From NCBI GenBank assembly GCA_040767965.1, contig JAXGNR010000004.1, forward strand, positions 785,335-849,334: DNA of 64,000 nt. The letters are read 5' to 3'. A model generated the notes under the pieces. That model worked only from the letters and a program-made list of their open reading frames with translations, was not told the DNA's origin and ran no database searches. Each line of letters starts with the position of its first letter. Position 1 is the first letter of the stretch. Source of the stretch: Atribacterota bacterium. Its GTDB lineage: Bacteria > Atribacterota > Phoenicimicrobiia > Phoenicimicrobiales > Stramentimicrobiaceae. Below are positions 32,066-42,639 of the stretch, one piece after another. A program made the translations under genes and the position numbers.

Positions 32066-32937
32066 TAGTCATTCCCTCCCCTTGAACTGTCACACTGACA
32101 AGATTTTTTCTTTTTTTGGTTGTCCCATGATTTACCTTCTTCATTTCTATAGCGGTTAATACGATTCATAAACTCATCCCATTCAACTAATTGACCATCA
32201 AATTCTGGTCCATCGGTACAAACAAATTTAGTTTCTCCACCTATTGTAACTCTGCACGAACCACACATCCCAGTGCCGTCCACCATAATAGTATTGAGGC
32301 TTACAATAGTTTCCACCGGATATGATTTAGTTAAAGCAGTTGTTACTTTCATCATAATAGGAGGGCCAATAGTCCATATTTTTTTAATAGTTTTATCATT
32401 GTCTAACTTTTCTTTTAACACTTCAGTTACAAAACCTTTTCTGCCATAACTGCCATCATCGGTTGTTATAATAAGTTCATCAGAAACTTTCCGCAATTCT
32501 TTTTCCATAATTATTAGTTCTTTAGACCTGGCCCCAATTATAGTTATAACTTTATTGCCAGCTTTTTTTAAATTACGTGCAATGGGATGAACACATGCAA
32601 TACCTGTTCCTCCCCCCACCAATACAACTGTTCCATAGTTTTCTATTTCGCTTTTTTTCCCCAATGGGCCTGTAAACGAATAAAGATATTCCCCTTCTTC
32701 GAAATTTGATAATTGATCAGTAGTTTTTCCGGCTACCTGGAATACAATTTGTATTGTTCCTTTTTGTCTGTCATAGTCAGCAACAGTTAGTGGAATCCTT
32801 TCCCCTTTTTCATCTGTCATTAATACTACAAACTGACCTGGCTGTACATTCTTTGCGATCTGGGGGGCATCTATCCACATAGAAAAAATATTCTTATAAA
32901 GGATTTCTTTTTTAATTATTTTAAACATTTTTAGCAA
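32065..32937 (-). CDS. nfnA: Electron-bifurcating transhydrogenase small subunit NfnA (SudB-like)
   Basis: GERIPLTVAD, GGGTG, GPPIMMK, MVDGTGMCGSCR and CTDGPEF (2Fe-2S) motifs. Confidence 0.9.
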   Translation of the reverse strand: MLKMFKIIKKEILYKNIFSMWIDAPQIAKNVQPGQFVVLMTDEKGERIPLTVADYDRQKGTIQIVFQVAGKTTDQLSNFEEGEYLYSFTGPLGKKSEIENYGTVVLVGGGTGIACVHPIARNLKKAGNKVITIIGARSKELIIMEKELRKVSDELIITTDDGSYGRKGFVTEVLKEKLDNDKTIKKIWTIGPPIMMKVTTALTKSYPVETIVSLNTIMVDGTGMCGSCRVTIGGETKFVCTDGPEFDGQLVEWDEFMNRINRYRNEEGKSWDNQKKKKSCQCDSSRGGND

Positions 32938-34172
32938 TTTCCCACCTTGTTTTTATTATTTAATTTTTTACATATATCCATAGTATCACGAGCAATCATC
33001 AATTCTTCATTGGTAGGTATAACCAGAACAGTTACCTTTGAATTATCCTTGCTTATCACGCCAAATTTTCCCCTGGCTGCACTGTTTTTCTCACAATCAA
33101 TGTCAATACCGAAATAATTAAGATCCTGGCATACTTCTTTTCTTAAAGATGGTGAATTTTCACCTATACCTGCAGTAAAAATTAATACATCCAGGCCATT
33201 CATTGCTGCAATGTAAGATCCTATGTATTTTTTTATTCCATAATTTAATACATCCAAAGCTCTTTTTGCCTTTTCATTTCCTTCTTTGGCTTTTTCTTCC
33301 AAATCTCTTTTATCGCTTGATATTCCTTCAGATAAACCAATAAAACCACTTTCTTTATTCATGATTGTATTCATCTGTTCATGGTTAACTTTTTCTTTAT
33401 CCATTAAAAATGTAACTACTGCTGGGTCGATATCACCGCATCTAGTCCCCATAATTATTCCAGGAACCGGAGTAAAGCCCATACTGGTATCAATTGATTT
33501 TCCATCTTTGATAGCTGTAATACTTGAACCATTTCCTAAGTGGCAAGTAATTATCTTTAATTCCTTTAATTCTTTTTTCAGGATTTCAGCTGCTTTATGG
33601 GCAACATATTTATGGGAGGTTCCGTGAAAGCCATATCTTCTTATTTTGTATTTTTCATAATATCTGTAAGGCAAACCATACAAATAGGCGTATTCAGGAA
33701 TTGTTTGGTGAAAAGCAGTGTCGAAAACCCCGATTTGAGGAGTTTCAGGTAATAGCTCTTGGCAAACTTTTATTCCAAGAATGTTAGGAGGATTATGTAA
33801 AGGAGCTAATTCAATGCATTCATTTAAAGTATCCATAATATCTTTATTTATTAAAACTGAACCTGAATATTTTTCACCGCCATGTACAACACGATGGCCA
33901 ATCGCATAAATCTCTGAAATATTTTCAATTACCCCATAATCCTTATTCAGCAAGGATTCAATAACCAGTTCAATTCCTTTGCGATGATCAGAAATATTGA
34001 CCTTTTTTTTCATTGCTTCTTTACCTGCAGGGTAATGGTTTATCAATGAACCGTCTATGCCAATTCTTTCTACTAATCCTTTTGCTAATATAGACTCATC
34101 AGTCATATCATAAAGCCGATATTTAATAGATGAGCTACCGCTGTTGACCACTAATACTTTCATTATTTTCAC
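32931..34172 (-). CDS. ackA: Acetate/propionate kinase
   Basis: NSGSSSIKY, GHRVVHGG, LAPLHNP, DTAFH, RYGFHGTSH and PTNEE motifs. Confidence 0.97.
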   Translation of the reverse strand: MKIMKVLVVNSGSSSIKYRLYDMTDESILAKGLVERIGIDGSLINHYPAGKEAMKKKVNISDHRKGIELVIESLLNKDYGVIENISEIYAIGHRVVHGGEKYSGSVLINKDIMDTLNECIELAPLHNPPNILGIKVCQELLPETPQIGVFDTAFHQTIPEYAYLYGLPYRYYEKYKIRRYGFHGTSHKYVAHKAAEILKKELKELKIITCHLGNGSSITAIKDGKSIDTSMGFTPVPGIIMGTRCGDIDPAVVTFLMDKEKVNHEQMNTIMNKESGFIGLSEGISSDKRDLEEKAKEGNEKAKRALDVLNYGIKKYIGSYIAAMNGLDVLIFTAGIGENSPSLRKEVCQDLNYFGIDIDCEKNSAARGKFGVISKDNSKVTVLVIPTNEELMIARDTMDICKKLNNKNKVGNC

Positions 34173-34190
34173 CTTTCATACAAAAATATT

Positions 34191-34736
34191 TTATAATTTT
34201 CCTCCGATTAAAAAGCCATGCTCTAAAGCTTTTAAGTTGATATCCATTATTCTGTCTGGTATTCTGGCAAAAATGGCATTTTTTATCGATTTATATGATA
34301 TTATATTTGCAATCTTAGCAATAATACCCAGAGAAATAATATTTGCCACCAATTTATTTCCGATAACTTTGACAGCATCCTCAGTAATCGGGTAGTGATA
34401 TATTTTACCAGAAAAAGCAGGTATTTTTAAAACATTTGTGGAGTCAGCTAATAAAATCCCACTATCTTTAAGTTCGATAATATACTTATCACATGCTTGT
34501 TGAGTTAAAGCTAATAATATATCTGATTGTATTACTTTCGGATAATCAATTTTGTCATTGCTTATAATTATTTCAGATCTGCTTGCACCACCTCTTGCCT
34601 CTGGCCCATAGGATTGGGTTTGAACTACTTCGAAACCATCGTATATTCCAGCTGCTTCAGCCAATATTATTCCAGCTAAAATCAGACCCTGACCCCCTGA
34701 ACCACTTAAACAGATTTCTTTTCTGAATTTATTCAT
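34191..34736 (-). CDS. 2-oxoacid:ferredoxin oxidoreductase gamma subunit
   Basis: GSGGQG and QSYGPEARGGASRSE motifs. Confidence 0.93.
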   Translation of the reverse strand: MNKFRKEICLSGSGGQGLILAGIILAEAAGIYDGFEVVQTQSYGPEARGGASRSEIIISNDKIDYPKVIQSDILLALTQQACDKYIIELKDSGILLADSTNVLKIPAFSGKIYHYPITEDAVKVIGNKLVANIISLGIIAKIANIISYKSIKNAIFARIPDRIMDINLKALEHGFLIGGKL

Positions 34737-35594
34737 CTAGTTCACCCCTTTGTTGAATCAAATTGCATATTTCCTGGTATTTTTCAGTATATTCAGGTTT
34801 ATCTAAATTTAAAAATTCCCCAAAGGTATTTTTTCTTTTTTATCATTATCAGACAATTTTTGCCATGTTTTTAAAGGAACAGTCAATTCTTTTATCCATT
34901 CAAGCATTTTTATAGGAGTTCTTAATTTATTCATTTTGCCATAAGAAACTGGGCAACTGGAGATCATTTCAACTAATGAAAATCCTTTTTTGAGCAAAGC
35001 TTTTTTCATAAAACCAATACTTTGATTGACATTAAGTATTGAACTTCTAGCAACATATGACGCTCCTGCACAGGCTGCTAAATTAGATAAATCAAAATTT
35101 TGATCAATATTACCATAAGGAGCAGTGGATCCATATTTCCCAGTAGGCGTTAATGGCGAATATTGTCCTCCAGTCATACCATAAACCATGTTATTTATTA
35201 TAATAGCAGTTATATCTATATTTCTCCTGGCAGAATGAATAAAATGATTGCCACCGATTGCGGAACAATCTCCATCACCCATAACTGCAATTACTTTTAA
35301 ATTAGGTTTAGCCATCTTTATTCCAGTGGCAAAAGCCAAAGCCCTACCATGGGTGGTATTCATGGTATTGAAATCTACATATCCTGTAATTCTGCTGGAA
35401 CAACCTATCCCGGAAACCATGACAATATCATCTTTTTCCCAACCAAGAGTATGGATTGCTCTAAGAATGGCACCTAATACTATACCATTTCCACATCCAG
35501 GACACCATATATGAGGAAACATATCCATTCTGAGATACTGGTCTATTATCTTATTACCACTGACCATACTACTCATTATCAACTTCCTCCTCAA
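34729..35594 (-). CDS. 2-oxoacid:ferredoxin oxidoreductase beta subunit; apparent frameshift at ~34818
   Basis: WCPGCG, SGIGCS, HGRA, GDGD and NN.VYGMTGGQ motifs. The ORF stops at 34809, but +1 G in the G4 run restores GEFLNLDKPEYTEKYQEI..., overlapping the gamma-subunit start. Confidence 0.9.
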
Positions 35595-36720
35595 TTTTTA
35601 CAAGGATCTCCATTGGAGTAATTAAATTACCATCAATGCGACTATATTTTATTACTGGACATTTTCCTTGTACATTTCTTTCCACTTCTCCAACCATTTG
35701 ACCCAAATTCATCTCTGGCACAATTATTAATTTTACTTTTTCTGACAACATCTTGATTGCACAATCATTAAAAGGCCATAATGTTATCAACTTTAATAAT
35801 CCTGCTTTTATACCTTTCTCTCTTGCCATTTTAACTGTTCTTTCTGCTGCTCTGGCAACAGAACCATATGCAATAATGGCAATATCTGCATCTTCTAACA
35901 GGAATCCTTCTTCAAGAAAAATATCTTTTTTATTAAATTCAATTTTATTATTTATTCTTCTTAAAAAATGATCAATTTCTTTTGTATCAGATGTAGGGTA
36001 ACCTTTTTCATTATGAACCAACCCGGTAACATGATACCTGTATCCATCACCAAAGTCAGCCATTGGTGGAACTAAATCATCATCAGCCTTGAAAGGCATA
36101 AAACAATCTTTACCTTCTCTAGGCTTTTTCCTATTAATTATTTCCAATTCATCCAAAGAAGGAACGAGAACTTTTTCTCTCATATGAGATATTACTTCAT
36201 CTAATAAAATCATTACAGGAGTCCTGTATTTTTCGCTAAAGTTTACGGCTTTTATTGTTGTAAGTAGAACTTCTTTAACATTTGATGGTGCTAGAGCAAT
36301 CACCGGATGATCTCCATGCGTACCCCATCTTGCTTGCATAACATCTCCCTGCGAAGGCTTAGTGGGTAATCCTGTGCTTGGTCCACCACGTTGAGAATTT
36401 ACAATTACACAAGGTATTTCACCGATTGTTGCAAAACCAATATTTTCAAGTTTTAAACAAATACCAGGCCCTGAACTTGCTGTCATTGATTTTAACCCAG
36501 TTAGAGATGCCCCAATAACTGCAGCCATACTTGCAATTTCATCCTCCATTTGCATAAACTTGCCTCCAATTCCTGGTAGCTTTCGAGCCATTTCTTCAGC
36601 TATCTCAGAAGCAGGAGTAATTGGATAACCTGCAAAAAACATGACACCAGCCATCAATGCCCCTTCAACACATGCTTCATTACCTTGTAATATCTTTATT
36701 TTTGCTTTGTTATCAGACAT
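35569..36720 (-). CDS. 2-oxoacid:ferredoxin oxidoreductase alpha subunit (KorA-like)
   Basis: GYPITP.SE, QMEDEIA, SSGPG, QRGGPSTGLPT and EMNLGQ motifs. Confidence 0.93.
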   Translation of the reverse strand: MSDNKAKIKILQGNEACVEGALMAGVMFFAGYPITPASEIAEEMARKLPGIGGKFMQMEDEIASMAAVIGASLTGLKSMTASSGPGICLKLENIGFATIGEIPCVIVNSQRGGPSTGLPTKPSQGDVMQARWGTHGDHPVIALAPSNVKEVLLTTIKAVNFSEKYRTPVMILLDEVISHMREKVLVPSLDELEIINRKKPREGKDCFMPFKADDDLVPPMADFGDGYRYHVTGLVHNEKGYPTSDTKEIDHFLRRINNKIEFNKKDIFLEEGFLLEDADIAIIAYGSVARAAERTVKMAREKGIKAGLLKLITLWPFNDCAIKMLSEKVKLIIVPEMNLGQMVGEVERNVQGKCPVIKYSRIDGNLITPMEILVKIEEEVDNE

Positions 36721-36721
36721 G

Positions 36722-36994
36722 TTAATCTTTCAAACCTCCCTTTGAGATGCTGTTGTGAAGACTGTTTTCCTTTATTTCAACCATAATAGCAAAATCAGGG
36801 CACCTCAATTCACATAACATGCATTGAATGCATTCATTTATAAATTTTGCAACTGGTTTACCATTTTCATTTGCGACTAAAACTTTTTTGGGGCAGTAAT
36901 TAATACAAATGTTGCATTCTTTACACCAATTTTCTTTTATAGATATTCTTGTTTTTTCATTTTCATATATTTTTAACATTTCTTCCTGATGCAT
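36722..36994 (-). CDS. 2-oxoacid:ferredoxin oxidoreductase delta subunit (2x4Fe-4S)
   Basis: CKECNICINYCP and CIQCMLCELRCPDFAI. Confidence 0.93.
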   Translation of the reverse strand: MHQEEMLKIYENEKTRISIKENWCKECNICINYCPKKVLVANENGKPVAKFINECIQCMLCELRCPDFAIMVEIKENSLHNSISKGGLKD

Positions 36995-37001
36995 GTTAAT
37001 A

Positions 37002-37988
37002 TCATCTCACCTCTTTCTCTTTTATGCTCAAAATAGTTTTTTTTAATGTATCAATTGACCCTTTATCCGGAATGTATATGAATTCAATTACAGGTATAGG
37101 GTTTCCTATCATTTTTTCAACTTCTTTTTTTCTGCCTGGGGATACCATAATCGCATCATTTTCACTAATAAATTTTGCTATCTCTTCCTTTTCATGAGAA
37201 ATATTAAAATTGAGTTTTTTGTATTTTAAACCAGCATTTTTAATTGATTTAAATACTCTTTCAGCAAATTTCTCCGTAAGGCAAACTAATCCAACTTTCA
37301 TTTCAGGAGAAGTGATTCTGGCAATATTAACCATGGTTTCTATCTGAGGATCAAGCGCAATGGGAATAATATTCTTTTCTTCATCTTTTAAAAAATCTTC
37401 CACTTCCTGTAAATGAAAAAATGTTGTAACAATCAAATCTGCTGCTTTTAATTTATTAATAGTTGTTTCGCTTCTGTTATACATTTCATCGATTAATATT
37501 GGGATAAAATGTATTCCGGTACCTAATTCCAGTTTCTTTGAAAAATAATAAAGTTGCTCCTGGTTGCATTCCACAAAAGCTACTTTGATATTATTTAATA
37601 AATGTTTCTTTTCAGAAATTCTCTGGTGTAAAAGAAACATAAAATCTTCTATCTGAATATTTAAATCAAATGCTTTTTGAATTGCTGAATCAATAATTTT
37701 AGTAATCGGTAAATAAATCTCTTTTGATAATAATATTTTTGAAGGATATTCATCTGAGGTAATAAAGGTTCCTTTGCCTGAAATTGAAGAAATTACTTCT
37801 TTTCGGGCAAGTTCTTTGTAAGCCATGCTGACGGTGTTTCTACTAACTCCTAATTTTAAAGAAAGTTCTCTTTCAGTAGGTAGCTGAGAACCTCTTCCAA
37901 GTTCTCCTTTTTCTATTTCATTCATTAATGATTCTTTTATTTGAAGATAAAGAGGGATCTTGCTATTTTTATCAATAAAAATATTCAT
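37002..37988 (-). CDS. GntR family transcriptional regulator
   Basis: PLYLQI..LPTERELS..LGVSRNTV..AY..L..GKGTF winged HTH plus a long C-terminal domain. Confidence 0.9.
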   Translation of the reverse strand: MNIFIDKNSKIPLYLQIKESLMNEIEKGELGRGSQLPTERELSLKLGVSRNTVSMAYKELARKEVISSISGKGTFITSDEYPSKILLSKEIYLPITKIIDSAIQKAFDLNIQIEDFMFLLHQRISEKKHLLNNIKVAFVECNQEQLYYFSKKLELGTGIHFIPILIDEMYNRSETTINKLKAADLIVTTFFHLQEVEDFLKDEEKNIIPIALDPQIETMVNIARITSPEMKVGLVCLTEKFAERVFKSIKNAGLKYKKLNFNISHEKEEIAKFISENDAIMVSPGRKKEVEKMIGNPIPVIEFIYIPDKGSIDTLKKTILSIKEKEVR

Positions 37989-38038
37989 TTACACCTTTTT
38001 TATTTCTGGACTAATTGACTAATTGTTTAACCATTTAT

Positions 38039-38068
38039 AGAATACAACAAATTTTCTTTTGTTGTCAA
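38039..38068 (-). promoter_or_regulatory. Candidate sigma70 promoter of the gntR-oxidoreductase-ackA-nfn-gdh operon
   Basis: TTGACA-18 nt-TATTCT on the minus strand, between the upstream terminator and gntR. Confidence 0.55.
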
Positions 38069-38075
38069 TTAGTTT

Positions 38076-38126
38076 GTAAAAAATAAAAACCAGAAATATA
38101 AGGGTCTTCTGGTTTTTATTTTTACT
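38076..38126 (-). terminator. Intrinsic terminator after the cyclohydrolase gene
   Basis: AAAAATAAAAACCAGAA ... TTCTGGTTTTTATTTTT inverted repeat. Confidence 0.75.
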
Positions 38127-38187
38127 ATTAATAGTTTGTCAATGTTCAATCTGAGCGGCCTAGAATAACGGTTATAATATATTAAAA

Positions 38188-38805
38188 TTAAATATCAATA
38201 ATTTGCATTACCTTTTCTTTTTTGCCAGCATTTTTCTCAATTAATTTATTAATCTTATCATTAATTATTTCTTTTTGTTTTGTATCTTTTATTGATTTTA
38301 AATTTATCTTAACATTTAAGATAGCACTTTCCAGGGTTGCTTCTGCTAATATAGCACCGACTCCAGCATCACTTATAACATTCTTATTGCCTAATTTAGA
38401 GATTTCTACACAGATATCCATTAACTTTTCACTTTTTTCTGCAATTTCTAAAGGGACCAAAGCTGCTTTCATTAAAGCCTCTTGTACTTTTTGTTTACGT
38501 TCTTTTTTTTGCTGTTCGGAAATATTTGGTAACCCCGTTGCTTTCATAAAATTACTAAATGCATCAATATCTTTTTCTATTAATAATTCGTAATCATATC
38601 GAAGTTTTTCACACTCATATAATATTTTTTTAATATCATCTCGATGATTCTGATACCCATCTTTTCCAATTGTTAAATTAGCTACCATGGATACCAAGGC
38701 TGCTCCTAATGCTCCAGATAAGGCAGCAACGCTACCTCCTCCAGGAGTGGGAGACTTAGATGACAATACTTCTAAAAAATCTTTTACGCTTTTATCTTTT
38801 ATCAA
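38188..38805 (-). CDS. Formiminotransferase-cyclodeaminase / methenyl-THF cyclohydrolase family (FchA-like)
   Basis: S.SPTPGGGSVAAL, SDAGVG and A.LNVKINL motifs. Confidence 0.9.
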   Translation of the reverse strand: MIKDKSVKDFLEVLSSKSPTPGGGSVAALSGALGAALVSMVANLTIGKDGYQNHRDDIKKILYECEKLRYDYELLIEKDIDAFSNFMKATGLPNISEQQKKERKQKVQEALMKAALVPLEIAEKSEKLMDICVEISKLGNKNVISDAGVGAILAEATLESAILNVKINLKSIKDTKQKEIINDKINKLIEKNAGKKEKVMQIIDI

Positions 38806-38825
38806 TATTAACCTCCAAATAATAC

Positions 38826-39936
38826 TTATCGCTTGCTGTAATATTTTAAATAAGCATCTATAAATATTTGAATATCACCATCCATAACTGATTGAATATT
38901 GCCACTCTCAGCTTTTGTCCGGTGATCTTTTACCAGCTGATATGGTTGAAATATATATGATCTAATCTGATTACCCCAGGCAATATCTTTTTTTTCACCA
39001 CCAATTTTTTCCATTTCTTTTTCTTTTTTCTTTTGATAGTATTCAAATAACTTGGCTTTTAATATCCTCATTGCAGTAATGCGGTTACTATATTGTGATC
39101 TTTCATTTTGACATTGAACAACAATATTAGTAGGAAGATGAGTTATTCTTACTGCTGAATCTGTAGTATTTACATGCTGCCCACCTGCCCCAGTGGACCG
39201 ATAAGTATCCACTCTGATATCTGACTCAGCTATTTCTATATCTATTTCTTCATCTATCTCCGGGATAACATCAACCGAAACAAAGGATGTATGTCTTCTT
39301 TTATTTGAATCAAAAGGAGATATCCTCACTAAACGATGTATTCCTTTTTCTGATTTTAATAAACCATATGCGTTTTTCCCATTTACCGTAAATGTAGCGC
39401 TTTTAACGCCAGCTTCTTCTCCTGGTAACAAATCTACTACTTCTGCTTTGAAATTATTTTTTTCACACCATCTCAAATACATTCTTAAAAGCATTTCTGC
39501 CCAGTCTTGTGATTCAGTTCCTCCTGCACCAGGATGGATGGACATTATAGCATTATTTTTATCATATTTATCAATAAAGAAAATATCTCTTTCTTCTTTT
39601 GCAATTTCCTTCTCAAGTTGGTCTATTTTTTGCAGTATCTCGTTCCATATTTCTGTGCTGTTTTCTTGTAAATTAAGCTCAAAAAGAATTTCAATGTCTT
39701 CAATATTTTTTATTGTGATGTTAAAATTTTCAATTATATTTTGCAAATCTTTTAGTTCTTTCGATTTCTGATTAGCTTCAGATTGATCTTTCCAAAAAGA
39801 ATTATCAGTCATCATTTTTGAAATTTCTTTAATTCTTTTTTCTTTTTCATCTAATTCAAAGATGACTCCGTAATTCAAATATTTTATTTTTCAAATCAAT
39901 TATTTTTCCATTTAATTCTGCATTTGAAATATCCAT
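38826..39936 (-). CDS. prfB: Peptide chain release factor 2, programmed +1 frameshift
   Basis: GGTES.DW, SPF and GGQ motifs. ATG at 39936 after AAGGAG, 26 codons, then GGAGT-CAT-CTT-TGA-A shift site joining the 38826 frame. Confidence 0.96.
39855..39870 (-). other. prfB +1 frameshift cassette
   Basis: CGGAGTCATCTTTGAA on the minus strand: internal SD-like GGAG, slippery CTT-T, in-frame TGA. Confidence 0.9.
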
Positions 39937-39975
39937 TATTTCTCCTTATTTGTTAAAAATTATTGTTAACAGACA

Positions 39976-42510
39976 TCATTTTTTCTTACCACAACAATGT
40001 TTATATTTCTTACCACTTCCACATGGGCAAGGATCGTTTCTGCCAATTTTTTTCTTTGAATTAATAAAGTCAGTTTTAGTTTTTTGCGTTTTTAAATTTG
40101 GTCTTTCCTGGCTGTTTTGAAAATCATTTGTATTGCTGGTTTGGTTAATATTATTGGATGGTGCTTGTTGGATTTTTACTCTATATATATATTTAATACT
40201 GTCCTCTTTTATATTTTCAACCATATTTTGAAACATATTGTGAGCTTCAAAATGGTATTCTGTCAGAGGATCTTTTTGACCATATGCACGTAAACCAATC
40301 CCCTGTTTAAGATCATCTAATCTTTTTAAGTGATCCTTCCATTCGCGATCTACAATTCTTAGTAAGATCATTTTTTCAATTTGTCTCATAATAGCAGTAC
40401 TTACTTCATTTTCTTTTTTCTGATAAGCTATTTGAGCTTCTTTCAATAAATCATTTTCCAATTTTTCAACTGTTAGCCTGGTAATATCTTCGGTAAAATC
40501 TATATTTATTCCAAAAGTATCATAGAAATGATCTTTTAATGCAGTCAAATTCCATTCTTCAGGGAATACTTCTTTGTTCGTATACCTTTGCAACATCCCT
40601 TTGATAGTATCTTCCAACATGTCTACAATAATATTTTTTACGTTACTGCTAAATAAAACTGTTTTCCTTTGCTCATAAATAATTCTTCTTTGGTATTCCA
40701 TTTCGTTATCAAATTCTAATAGTTGTTTTCTTATCTCAAAATTTCTTGCTTCAACTCTTTTTTGTGCACCTTCAATTGATCTTGTAATGAAAGGATGCTC
40801 TATGGGAGTTCCTTCTTCAACACCCAGCTTTTCCATAAAGACTGATATTTTTTCAGATCCGAACAATCGCAATAAATCATCCTGTAGTGAAAGAAAAAAT
40901 CGCGAAGAACCTGGATCACCCTGTCGGCCAGATCTTCCTCTTAACTGGTTATCTATTCTTCTGCTTTCATGTCTTTCAGTGCCAATAACATGTAAACCTC
41001 CTAAATCAGCAACTTCTGAACCTAAAACAATGTCAGTTCCACGTCCTGCCATATTAGTAGAGATAGTCACTTTTCCTTTCTGTCCTGCTTCTGCTATAAT
41101 TTCTGCCTCTTTCTCATGGTTTTTCGCATTTAAAACATTATGTTCTATTTTTTCTTTTTTAAGCAGATTGCTAAGCTTTTCAGATTTATCAATGGAAACA
41201 GTCCCTACTAGTATGGGTCGGCCATTTTTATTTAAATTTTTTATTTCTTCTACAACTGCATCGTATTTTTCCTTTTCAGTTCTATAAATTACATCAGAAT
41301 AACTGTTTCGAATAAGTTCTTTGTTTGTAGGGATAATGTTAACAGGTAAATTGTAGATCTCAATAAATTCATCTTCTTCAGTTTTAGCAGTGCCGGTCAT
41401 ACCAGCTAATTTTTTGTATAATCTGAAATAATTTTGGAAAGTAATAGTAGCAAGAGTTTGGCTTTCTCTTGCAATTGGGACATTTTCTTTAGCTTCTATG
41501 GCCTGGTGTAACCCATCGCTATATCTTCTGCCAAACATTAGTCTCCCCGTAAATTCATCTACAATTACTACCTCACCTTCCTTAACCACATAATCTACAT
41601 CCTTTTTAAATAGATAATGAGCTCTTAGCGCCTGTATTATATGATGTTGCAATGCCATATTATTTTGTGCATATAAATTATCCACTCCTAGCAATTTTTC
41701 CATTTTGGCTACACCATTTTCTGTTAAAAATATATTTCTTTCTTTTTCTTCTATTTTATAATCAGCTTCTTTTTTCAGGTGAAATATTAATTTGTCAATT
41801 TGGAAATATTTTTTTGTTGATTCATCGGTAGGTCCAGATATAATAAGAGGAGTTCTTGCTTCATCTATTAATATACTGTCAACTTCATCTACGATTGCAA
41901 ATTTATGCTGTCTTTGCACAATATCTTCTGGCCTAATACTCATATTATCTCTGAGGTAATCAAAGCCAAATTCATTATTGGTTCCATATACTATATCTGC
42001 TTGATAAGCATTCTTTCTTTGATCAGTACTCATATCATGCTGAATAAGTCCGACTTTAAGTCCCAAGAATTCATACACAGGTCCCATCCAAAAACGATCC
42101 CTTTTTGCCAGATAATCATTTACAGTCACAATATGCACACTGTCACCATTTAAAGAGTTCAAGTAAGCTGGCAGAGTTGCAACTAATGTTTTACCTTCTC
42201 CAGTTGCCATTTCTGCAATTTTTCCTTGATGAAGCACTACTCCTCCAATTAATTGGACATCAAAATGCCTCATTCCAATTGTTCTTTTTGCAGCTTCCCT
42301 AACTACCGCAAAAGCTTCTGGTAAAATTTCGTTTATTTCAACTCCCAGTTTTATTTTTTCCTTTAAAAATACAGTTTTATTTTTTAAATCTGCATCACTT
42401 AAAACAGTTATTTCTTTTTCCAATAAATTTATTTTTTCCGTTAACGGTTTTATCTTATTTAATTCTTTGGCATTTGGATCGCCAAATATTTTTTTAACAA
42501 TGTTAAGCAT
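39976..42510 (-). CDS. secA: Preprotein translocase ATPase SecA
   Basis: MATGEGKT, DEVDSILIDEARTP, TNMAGRGTDI, QLRGRSGRQGD and C-terminal CPCGSGKKYKHCC. Confidence 0.99.
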   Translation of the reverse strand: MLNIVKKIFGDPNAKELNKIKPLTEKINLLEKEITVLSDADLKNKTVFLKEKIKLGVEINEILPEAFAVVREAAKRTIGMRHFDVQLIGGVVLHQGKIAEMATGEGKTLVATLPAYLNSLNGDSVHIVTVNDYLAKRDRFWMGPVYEFLGLKVGLIQHDMSTDQRKNAYQADIVYGTNNEFGFDYLRDNMSIRPEDIVQRQHKFAIVDEVDSILIDEARTPLIISGPTDESTKKYFQIDKLIFHLKKEADYKIEEKERNIFLTENGVAKMEKLLGVDNLYAQNNMALQHHIIQALRAHYLFKKDVDYVVKEGEVVIVDEFTGRLMFGRRYSDGLHQAIEAKENVPIARESQTLATITFQNYFRLYKKLAGMTGTAKTEEDEFIEIYNLPVNIIPTNKELIRNSYSDVIYRTEKEKYDAVVEEIKNLNKNGRPILVGTVSIDKSEKLSNLLKKEKIEHNVLNAKNHEKEAEIIAEAGQKGKVTISTNMAGRGTDIVLGSEVADLGGLHVIGTERHESRRIDNQLRGRSGRQGDPGSSRFFLSLQDDLLRLFGSEKISVFMEKLGVEEGTPIEHPFITRSIEGAQKRVEARNFEIRKQLLEFDNEMEYQRRIIYEQRKTVLFSSNVKNIIVDMLEDTIKGMLQRYTNKEVFPEEWNLTALKDHFYDTFGINIDFTEDITRLTVEKLENDLLKEAQIAYQKKENEVSTAIMRQIEKMILLRIVDREWKDHLKRLDDLKQGIGLRAYGQKDPLTEYHFEAHNMFQNMVENIKEDSIKYIYRVKIQQAPSNNINQTSNTNDFQNSQERPNLKTQKTKTDFINSKKKIGRNDPCPCGSGKKYKHCCGKKK

Positions 42511-42639
42511 TTTTTAAATACCTTCCTTCGTTTTTGACATTCTTCCTGATTCTATAGACATGGAAATAAACAATTATTATATTCTTTTTAAAAAGTGATG
42601 TTGTTAATATATTTCAAAAATATACTGATATTTATTTCA

